A stretch of 64,000 bases of DNA from contig CAUZDY010000003.1 of the NCBI GenBank assembly GCA_963578805.1, positions 514 to 64,513 of the forward strand, in the 5' to 3' direction. The DNA comes from Vicinamibacteria bacterium (GTDB lineage: Bacteria > Acidobacteriota > Vicinamibacteria > Vicinamibacterales > UBA8438). The position numbers were made by a program, and so were the translations under genes. Below are positions 57,589 through 64,000 of this stretch, in pieces (within the stretch, counting starts at the first letter, position 1; each line of letters begins with the position of its first letter). Below the pieces are notes generated by a model. It was not told the DNA's origin and did not search any database. It saw only the letters and a program-made list of their open reading frames with translations.

Positions 57589-58461
57589 TTAAAAGCTTGC
57601 AACGAGCGCGAACGTCACGAGGTTGTCGACACCGTCCAACTCAACCAAGACTGTATCTCCTGTCGAGCCTCCGCTCACTGCTATCAGAGGAATACCGACC
57701 TCAGACGGCAAGTTGTCGAACAACAGTTGCCAACTAACCTTGAGTGCGAGGCGGCTATTGATACTCACGGCTACCCCGTTGGTCAGATCGGCCCGGAGGT
57801 CCTCGGTGTCACTGAAATTTTCATCGGTAACCAACACGCTCACGAACTCAGTATTCTCCGTCAATTGCCTCCGGTAGTCATATGACAGACGCAGACCGCC
57901 GAAGGTGTCATTGCCAGTCGTCGGGACGACGTCATTCTGAACCGTGTAGGTGACACCATATCCGGTCTTGAAAATCGAGATATCGCTGTCGACCCACGTG
58001 TTCCCCAGACCTCCTCCCCAGGAATAACGGTTTTGAACCCCGGCAAAGGTGTTCCGCTCCCATCCTGCCCCGGCATACCAGAACGTGTGCGGATTCACGT
58101 CCCTGTCATACTGCCCGCGCGCGTAGTAATTTTCGACCGTGACCTCGCTGACTGCACTTTCAGTCAACTGGAAATCCACGACCGAGGCGCCAACCGCCAT
58201 TCTCGTTAGTGTGGTCGACTCGGCGTGGAGGGCACCGACAGCAATCAGAAGATCCGAGCTCTCCCAAGTCCTCATGAGCTCGTTTTTGAAACCGACGGTA
58301 CTACTGTTTGCATTACCACTCGTGGACACTACGGTCAACTCGGCCGTGTCGAACCAACCCAGATCTTGCTCGTCGTCCTGGGCATACACCATTCCCACAC
58401 CGGTGGTGACGAGACTCGTCAGCGCCAGGAAGACCGTTAACTGTGAAACAGCTCGCGTCAT
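57589..58461 (-). CDS. DUF481 domain-containing outer-membrane beta-barrel protein
   Basis: A signal peptide, then WFDTAELTVVSTSGNANSSTVGFKNEL and alternating beta-strand periodicity. The protein ends in aromatic ...ALVASF. Confidence 0.75.
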   Translation of the reverse strand: MTRAVSQLTVFLALTSLVTTGVGMVYAQDDEQDLGWFDTAELTVVSTSGNANSSTVGFKNELMRTWESSDLLIAVGALHAESTTLTRMAVGASVVDFQLTESAVSEVTVENYYARGQYDRDVNPHTFWYAGAGWERNTFAGVQNRYSWGGGLGNTWVDSDISIFKTGYGVTYTVQNDVVPTTGNDTFGGLRLSYDYRRQLTENTEFVSVLVTDENFSDTEDLRADLTNGVAVSINSRLALKVSWQLLFDNLPSEVGIPLIAVSGGSTGDTVLVELDGVDNLVTFALVASF

Positions 58462-58479
58462 AAAAATCCTCTGCCAGGA

Positions 58480-59100
58480 TCAGACGCCTTTGCGTAACAC
58501 CCAGGTGGTCATGCATCGCTGATCTTGAACCACCGTCGTCTTCAGCGGCTCGACAAGAATTCCACCAAGGGTTCGACCGTACCGCCTCAGGAGTGGTTCG
58601 TCGACCAGATATCGCGCAGTCCCATCGGGAAGGCAGTGGCGGCGCCCGTCCAGGGGCGTGACACGTCCCTCCATACCGATACTCGACGCGAGTCGAGCAA
58701 AGAATAGCCCGCCGTTCCGCAGTACCTGCCAGCTACCCCGTACCATGGCATCGAAGGCTGCATCGTCACGCGCAAAATGCAGAACAGCGTTACATACCAC
58801 GACGTCAGCGACACCGTCAGCGAACGACATTGCTTCGACTGATTCCACGCGGAAATTCTCAGCTGGTAGTTGCGGTGCAAGATCGGCCGCCATGCGGATC
58901 ACAGCAGCCACGGCATCGGAGTCCCAGTCAACAGCCAACACATTGAACCCAGACCGAAGAAAATACTCCAGGTTCCGCCCGTGACCGCACCCGGCATCCA
59001 GGATGGTATCTCGGTCCGAAATCCGTCCCTTGATGATCTGATCAAAGAGATAAATATCGATCTGTCCGAACTGTGCCACAAGGTCCGTCGTCATCGTCAC
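58480..59100 (-). CDS. Class I SAM-dependent methyltransferase
   Basis: ILDAGCGHGRNLEYFLRSGFNVLAVDWD (motif I and post-I). Confidence 0.8.
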   Translation of the reverse strand: MTMTTDLVAQFGQIDIYLFDQIIKGRISDRDTILDAGCGHGRNLEYFLRSGFNVLAVDWDSDAVAAVIRMAADLAPQLPAENFRVESVEAMSFADGVADVVVCNAVLHFARDDAAFDAMVRGSWQVLRNGGLFFARLASSIGMEGRVTPLDGRRHCLPDGTARYLVDEPLLRRYGRTLGGILVEPLKTTVVQDQRCMTTWVLRKGV

Positions 59101-59207
59101 CGCTCGACCCGTCCACGTTGAGCCTCGGCCTTAAGCCATCGGCTGTCGTATTTCATGCCCTCTGCCGTTTATACACTGACGCACTTGTCAGACGACCCAC
59201 CTGCTAC

Positions 59208-59858
59208 TCAGCCCGCCACTACCGGCGCCTCACAGTGGGCTTCGAGGTCAGCCCGAGACGGCGTCTGTTGGATCCGCGCCCCCTCAGACCATGCCACGAG
59301 TAGCGCCGGTGTCACCGCGTCGAGACTGAAACGACTCGTGTCGCCACCCCTTAAGACAAGAAGCGTGGATACCTCTGCTCGGAATCTGGCGAATTGCGGT
59401 AGATCAAAGAGAACGAAAAACAGCTGCTGTTCGCGCCCGTCAGTCGTGCGATACACCGCCATACACGAAGGCTCGAGCCGTGTGGTCTCCAGACCGACGT
59501 CACGGGCCAGCATCATTAATTCGTCGGGCTCTACCGTTCCTACCAATGCGGTCTCGAACTCGTTTCTTAGGATAAGTGGAATCCCGGGCTCAACCGGCGA
59601 CGAAAAAGATGCCATGGTCCTCTGAAAGACCTGATCAAAGAGTACCAATGGAAGCTCCGCGGGCGGCTGCAGTGAAAGTAACGCCCCCCCCGGGTTAGAG
59701 CGTGTCGACAGCGCTACCGTCCAGCGTTGCAGGTCACTCTCGCGAACGATGTACGGCTCAGACGTGACATCGCGAAGCGTTGCGGTGAAGAAAAACGCGA
59801 AGCCGACGAGCGCAGCAAGACTCAGTAGTGATTTAACAAGTAGATTGGGGCTGGCCAT
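59208..59858 (-). CDS. Hypothetical membrane-anchored protein
   Basis: A 216-aa ORF with an N-terminal TM segment (LLSLAALVGFAFFF). I recognised no family. Confidence 0.5.
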   Translation of the reverse strand: MASPNLLVKSLLSLAALVGFAFFFTATLRDVTSEPYIVRESDLQRWTVALSTRSNPGGALLSLQPPAELPLVLFDQVFQRTMASFSSPVEPGIPLILRNEFETALVGTVEPDELMMLARDVGLETTRLEPSCMAVYRTTDGREQQLFFVLFDLPQFARFRAEVSTLLVLRGGDTSRFSLDAVTPALLVAWSEGARIQQTPSRADLEAHCEAPVVAG

Positions 59859-59938
59859 CCGCGATTGTAAACCGCCTGTCTACCCGACGGGATGACACTG
59901 GGAACGACGACTATAAAAGCGCGCATGCACCCTCAGAT

Positions 59939-61168
59939 TTAGTATGAAGAGTGCCCTCGCTGGGTCACCAGATAGGTAGCAAAACTCGCGAGCCAGTGGC
60001 CGCCCTCGTAATGCACTCCGGTAACCGACGCAAGTCCGGCGTTGCGGTGGTTCCGGGCACTCTCCTCAAGTGGCCCTCGGCGTAAGTCGTCAGAAGGCAA
60101 ACCCGCCGCGATCCCTTCAAGCATCCAGGCTCGGCTAAGGTTGAGGCCGTCCAGGTGAGCGAGCTTGCCGTCAGTCGGGTCGGTCACAACGACCGGTGTT
60201 AACCACGTCGAGTCACTGCTAGACCGCCGAGGAATGTCAGCAAGGAAGTGATCCAACCAACTTGCAAATGCCTCGGGGGCTAGTACCCGTCGTACCAGAT
60301 CGGCTTCGGCAAGGCACGGCGATAAAAAGTCCTGCCCTGACGGTTCGTAGCCAAGCGGACACGCGCGGTCGGATAGGTAATAGTCACTGATTCGGCTACG
60401 TAGCAATCGTTCCATCTCAACGTCATCGACTACTCGGGCCCAGTCGAGCACCAGACCAAAGGCAAAAGCGGTCTGCGAGTGTTCGCCAACCCGAATGGGA
60501 TGACTCAGATTCGGAAGCCAGTCCTTAACGTGTTTGGCGGCCACTCTTTCCAGCGGAACGAGAGCGGTATACCATCTCTGTGCCTCCACATCGTTCCATT
60601 CCCTGAGCTCCGCGGCGAGTTGCAGTAGCCACGCTAGCCCGTATGGTCGCTCGAACGTTGCCCGGCCTTCAGCCGACAGATAGGTCACCTCCGCCGCGAC
60701 GTTCTGTGGTGTCAGGCTGCGCGCCAACGCTTGACGCGCATCGGCCGTGAATGCAGCGTCCGGAACCAGCCGCGCCAGCCGCGCCAGTAACCAGTGGCCA
60801 TGAACGGAGGAGTGCCAATCGAAACACCCAAAAAAAGCCGGAGTTAGCTCGTGTGGTGGCCTAGCGTCGGCGTCTCGATTGAGTAGATGCGAGATCTTGT
60901 TGGGGTACTCTCGCTCGACGCAGTCGAGAGCCAGACGCGCGAAACGGCCGGCGCGATCTGCATCGAGTGTTGGTGCACTGCCAGCAAGTAGCCCAGGCTT
61001 GGGCATCATCACTAGTAGAAATAGGCCGATGGTCGCTATGTGGCGTCGCAGTGCCAACCCGACCCGTCGCTTGGCCATGTCATTTGCCGAACACAAGTGA
61101 CCCGGGCGACACACATTGGAAGTCGATGCCATCACAACGAGACGCTCCAGCCTGCGTAGATAAACCAA
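59939..61168 (-). CDS. DUF2891 domain-containing protein
   Basis: FARLALDCVEREYPNK...FFGCFDWHSSVHGHWLLARL. The start may be internal. Confidence 0.75.
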   Translation of the reverse strand: MVYLRRLERLVVMASTSNVCRPGHLCSANDMAKRRVGLALRRHIATIGLFLLVMMPKPGLLAGSAPTLDADRAGRFARLALDCVEREYPNKISHLLNRDADARPPHELTPAFFGCFDWHSSVHGHWLLARLARLVPDAAFTADARQALARSLTPQNVAAEVTYLSAEGRATFERPYGLAWLLQLAAELREWNDVEAQRWYTALVPLERVAAKHVKDWLPNLSHPIRVGEHSQTAFAFGLVLDWARVVDDVEMERLLRSRISDYYLSDRACPLGYEPSGQDFLSPCLAEADLVRRVLAPEAFASWLDHFLADIPRRSSSDSTWLTPVVVTDPTDGKLAHLDGLNLSRAWMLEGIAAGLPSDDLRRGPLEESARNHRNAGLASVTGVHYEGGHWLASFATYLVTQRGHSSY

Positions 61169-61199
61169 CGCGCATTATAGGCTCAGCAGTGGTTCCCGA

Positions 61200-62477
61200 T
61201 CAGTTGTTCCTCAGTTTGTCCAGGGCCACGTCCATGATCATGCGAGTCAAGAGGTAGAGCCGCGGCTCGACCGACTCCAGGTTTACATACTCTGCCTCGT
61301 TTGAGTGGGCCCCGAACGTCTGCAAGCCCATCCCCTCGATGACCGGCGCATCGGTCTCAAGTGCAGCGAACGCCGCATCGGTGCCACCACCGGACACTTC
61401 GTCGTCGACGATCAGCTCCATTCCGAGCTCTCGATACACTTCTTGTGCGTGCGCTGCCAGTCGTCGAGAGGCCGTGTTGGACACGAGCGGTGGGCGGCGA
61501 CGCTCAAACACGAGATCTATTTTCGTGTCCGGAATCAGCTGGTTTCTCATCAGTCGTCTGACCTCAGACTCGATTCGGTCATAGTCTTCAACCAGCAGCA
61601 CTCGTACGTCGGCCGTGGCTTCAGCTTCTGCAGGAATAACGTTTCGTGTATTTCCTCCAGTGGCCACCGTCCAGTTCATTTTGAGACCTGCGTCCGGATC
61701 CGACAGGTCTCGCGTCTGCATGATTTGGTGAGCCAGCTCGTACAGCGCATTTCGACCTTGTTCTGGCGCCGCCCCGGCATGAGCGGCTCGGCCTCTGACG
61801 ATGAGCTTGAACGCACCGATACCTGACGTACGCAACCGCACTCGATTGTCGCCACCGCTCTCGCACGAGAACACCACGTCGTGCTCACGACCTAGCGCGG
61901 TGATAAGCGACCGCGACCCGGCCGAGCTCACTTCCTCATCAGCGTTGATCAACACGGTGATAAGACCGTAATCGTCGAACCCAATCGCCCTGAGGACAGA
62001 CAGGGTATGCAGGATGAGCGCGACCCCATGCTTGTCGTCGGCAATGCCGAGACCATAGGCGCGATTCCCTTCGAGTCTAAACGGCTGCTCGGCGAGCGTT
62101 CCCTTCAAGTAGACAGTGTCCATGTGGGCCAACAAGAGGATCCGTCGCGTGCCGGTGCCACGAAATCGTGCCACCACCGATCGTCCGATCTGCGCAGGAG
62201 TATCCTGCATGTGATAGATGTCGGCAGGTTCAACCAAGTCGACGTCGCCACCGAGCATTCGCAGACGACCAGCGATCACCTCGGCGATCCGCGACAGACC
62301 GTCAAAATCTCGACTCCCAGACTCGATGGAGACAAGCTCGTTCATCGTGTCGATGAGTGGAGCCCGTTCCCTCTGCACCTGGGCTAAGGTAGATTCGTCA
62401 ACCTGGGCCAGAGCCGACCCGACGAACAGAAAGACGAAGCCCAGCCAGACCGTGACTGCATTTCTCGTGGCTCTCAT
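61200..62477 (-). CDS. M20-family metallopeptidase (glutamate carboxypeptidase/CPG2-like), secreted
   Basis: LLLAHMDTV, GIADDKHG and NADEEVSS are the metal ligands. A signal peptide is present. Confidence 0.85.
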   Translation of the reverse strand: MRATRNAVTVWLGFVFLFVGSALAQVDESTLAQVQRERAPLIDTMNELVSIESGSRDFDGLSRIAEVIAGRLRMLGGDVDLVEPADIYHMQDTPAQIGRSVVARFRGTGTRRILLLAHMDTVYLKGTLAEQPFRLEGNRAYGLGIADDKHGVALILHTLSVLRAIGFDDYGLITVLINADEEVSSAGSRSLITALGREHDVVFSCESGGDNRVRLRTSGIGAFKLIVRGRAAHAGAAPEQGRNALYELAHQIMQTRDLSDPDAGLKMNWTVATGGNTRNVIPAEAEATADVRVLLVEDYDRIESEVRRLMRNQLIPDTKIDLVFERRRPPLVSNTASRRLAAHAQEVYRELGMELIVDDEVSGGGTDAAFAALETDAPVIEGMGLQTFGAHSNEAEYVNLESVEPRLYLLTRMIMDVALDKLRNN

Positions 62478-62567
62478 GGCGTTCCTCTCGACTAGATTCA
62501 GGATGCGCCAGTCTATACGAATAGCGGCACCCTACCCTCACGACGCACCAATGTATGATACGGCTCT

Positions 62568-62939
62568 ATGGATGCAGTGTGGTTCGCTACAGGGGCGGCG
62601 TTATCCGGGCTAGGGGTGCTCTTGGGTGCCTTTGGTGCGCACGGACTCCAAGGACGAGTCACACCTGAAATGCTGGCCGTATTCGAAACCGGCGTACGGT
62701 ATCACCTCGTCCATGGACTGGCGTTGCTCGGAGTCGCTTGGGCGACCTCGCGGTGGCCCAACGCCTGGGTGGGATCCGCGGGATGGCTGTTCGTCGCCGG
62801 AATAGTCATCTTCTCGGGAAGCTTGTACGTATTGTCAGTGACCGGCGTTCGCTGGTTAGGCGCGATCACTCCAATCGGGGGACTGTGCTTTGCTGCCGGT
62901 TGGCTGGTGCTCGCAGTCGGCGCCATACGCGCGTCATAA
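62568..62939 (+). CDS. DUF423 (YgdD/TMEM256-like) membrane protein
   Basis: A 123-aa, four-TM protein with GAFGAHGL and YHLVH motifs. Confidence 0.8.
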   Translation: MDAVWFATGAALSGLGVLLGAFGAHGLQGRVTPEMLAVFETGVRYHLVHGLALLGVAWATSRWPNAWVGSAGWLFVAGIVIFSGSLYVLSVTGVRWLGAITPIGGLCFAAGWLVLAVGAIRAS

Positions 62940-63046
62940 ATGGCCGGTTCTTGACACACCCTCAGGGCCGGAGTAGAAATCGGAGTCACCAATCTTCGCT
63001 AATCAGTATTTAGTATAACCAGTAGAAACCCAACAGAAGGAGACTC

Positions 63047-64000
63047 ATGCGATTCGCCCTTTGTCTCATTGTGTTCGTAACGCTGGCAAGCCCAACACCC
63101 GTGGCAGCCCAAGCGATGGAATCGGCCGAGCCATTCAAGGTGGGCACCTTCGATATCCACGGCGTGCCGCACGTGGGCCTCGTGCTGCGCGATGCCCTCG
63201 TCATCGATATCGAGGTCGCAAACCTAGTGCTCGAAGCCAACCCGCAGTATTCGAAAGTCCCGATGCCGGAGGACATGATCGAGCTTATTGGCCGGTGGGA
63301 CTACGGCCTGAAGTACCGGTTCTACGAGATCGTCAACTACACCGTGAACAGTAACCAGCTCACGGGTAGCAGTCGCGCCGACTACGTCTACGATGTGTCT
63401 GAACTGCGGACGCGCCCCCCCATCATGTACCCAGGCAAGATCATGAACGCGGCAGTCAACTTCTACACGCACGCGTGTGAAGGCTGCACCACGGAGGAAC
63501 TGTCGGCGCGGACCCAGGAGCGGCAGGAGAACCGGGGCGTACCCTACCTGTTCCTCAAGCCCAGCCGCGGTGCGGTTATCGGTAGCGGCGATGACATCGT
63601 GATGCCCTACGGCCGTGACCGGATCGAATGGGAAGTCGAAATGGCTATCGTATTTGGCCGCACAGGCAAGTACATCTCCGCAAGCCGTGCATACGACCAC
63701 GTGTTCGGCTACATGGTCGCCATGGATATATCCGATCGCGGCGGGCGCCCACCCGGGGGGTACGGCTCCGGGCGAGAAACCGTCTCGGACTGGTTCGTCG
63801 GTAAAGGCCATGACACATTCGCGCCCAACGGGCCATGGATCGTTCCAAAGGAGTTCTACGGCGATCCGATGGAGCGCCTGCACCAGAGCCTGGTCATCGA
63901 CGGCGTAACCGTCCAGGAGGCCAGGGCAGGAGACATGATCCATAACATCCCGGAGCTGATCGAGTACGCGTCGTCGCTCATTACTGTATTCCCTGGTGAC
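63047..64000 (+). CDS. Fumarylacetoacetate hydrolase (FAH) family protein, secreted; the 3' end lies beyond the window
   Basis: I translated from ATG 63047, which has GAAGGAG upstream. The product is MRFALCLIVFVTLASPTPVAAQA...PGKIMNAAVNFY.H....YLFLKPSRGAVIGSGDDIVMP.....EWEVEMAIVFGR...GYMVAMDISDR...GKGHDTFAPNGPWIV. The frame is open to position 64000, so it is absent from the ORF track. Confidence 0.85.
   Translation, partial: MRFALCLIVFVTLASPTPVAAQAMESAEPFKVGTFDIHGVPHVGLVLRDALVIDIEVANLVLEANPQYSKVPMPEDMIELIGRWDYGLKYRFYEIVNYTVNSNQLTGSSRADYVYDVSELRTRPPIMYPGKIMNAAVNFYTHACEGCTTEELSARTQERQENRGVPYLFLKPSRGAVIGSGDDIVMPYGRDRIEWEVEMAIVFGRTGKYISASRAYDHVFGYMVAMDISDRGGRPPGGYGSGRETVSDWFVGKGHDTFAPNGPWIVPKEFYGDPMERLHQSLVIDGVTVQEARAGDMIHNIPELIEYASSLITVFPGD

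Noticed and set aside
2640-63943. Long ORFs antisense to, or out of frame with, confident genes. Examples are 2640..3431 -, 7674..8438 -, 10349..11269 +, 27074..27757 +, 36988..37560 -, 41172..41858 -, 42696..43382 -, 48179..48904 -, 50961..51866 + and 63224..63943 -.
   Set aside because: These are typical high-GC shadow ORFs. They are Arg/Ser/Pro/Gly-rich and lack motifs. Each is fully overlapped by a gene with strong family signatures: thrS, the ABC exporters, the PQQ dehydrogenase, the FAH protein and others.
1-64000. An alternative genetic code (TGA or TAG reassigned) as the explanation for the in-frame TGA in DUF411 and the in-frame TAG in PaaI.
   Set aside because: TGA and TAG both end many well-defined genes here at the expected protein C-termini. 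Examples are TGA for the FAD subunit at 6881-6883 and pheS at 45274-45276, and TAG for the MoaD-like gene, the rpmI gene and the zapB-like gene. The two in-frame stops are isolated events, not a global recoding.
1-64000. A search for CRISPR arrays, IS elements, integrases, prophage genes, toxin-antitoxin pairs or defence-type genes (nucleases, helicases, STAND ATPases).
   Set aside because: None were recognised. The only repeats seen are the two-copy AT-rich unit at 12877..12934 and the 18-nt pair around the 6S locus. The single tRNA (Val) has no adjacent integrase.

Overview
This is a roughly 60% GC bacterial chromosomal segment, densely coding, with about 65 genes and one tRNA. I saw no rRNA, CRISPR array, transposase, integrase or recognisable defence genes. 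A decayed ADOP/FtsX permease remnant plus PEGA, DUF4159 and DUF6152 genes suggest an Acidobacteriota-like origin, but that is inference only.

Layout:
- 1-16.2 kb: an island of signal-peptide-bearing oxidoreductases and hydrolases. It holds PQQ propeller dehydrogenases, a Tat-exported phosphotriesterase-like protein, a large alpha/beta-hydrolase-like protein, a CoxM/S/L-type molybdenum hydroxylase with a MoaD-like gene, DUF6152, DUF169, and three members of an uncharacterised secreted family.
- 16.5-18.8 kb: small proteins, including a DUF411/CopG gene interrupted by one in-frame TGA.
- 19-40 kb: mixed envelope and housekeeping genes. These include DUF4159, Rsm22-like, a third PQQ dehydrogenase, HAD, a CaCA antiporter, a His-rich metal transporter divergent from larE, an M16 peptidase pair, PEGA, esterases, YeiH, mltG, ruvX and an S41 peptidase.
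- 40.9-49.9 kb: the conserved tRNA-Val-thrS-infC-rpmI-rplT-pheS-pheT-zapB-like-zapA block, then a predicted 6S RNA, a 136-aa RNase Y-like gene and thiL.
- 49.9-64 kb: an ABC exporter pair, an aminotransferase, an SLT/LysM transglycosylase, a 1-Cys peroxiredoxin, DUF481, a methyltransferase, DUF2891, an M20 peptidase, DUF423 and a partial FAH-family gene.

I did not find a convincing new multi-gene system such as a defence or mobile module. The strongest leads are:
1. A candidate selenocysteine-containing CopG/DUF411, with TGA at the first Cys of the CxCC motif and an fdhF-like SECIS hairpin.
2. An RNase Y gene that keeps only its N- and C-terminal ends.
3. An unannotated 6S RNA flanked by 18-nt direct repeats.
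4. The P2-P3-DUF6152 gene run inside the periplasmic oxidoreductase island.

All calls come from reading translations and sequence by eye. No searches were run.
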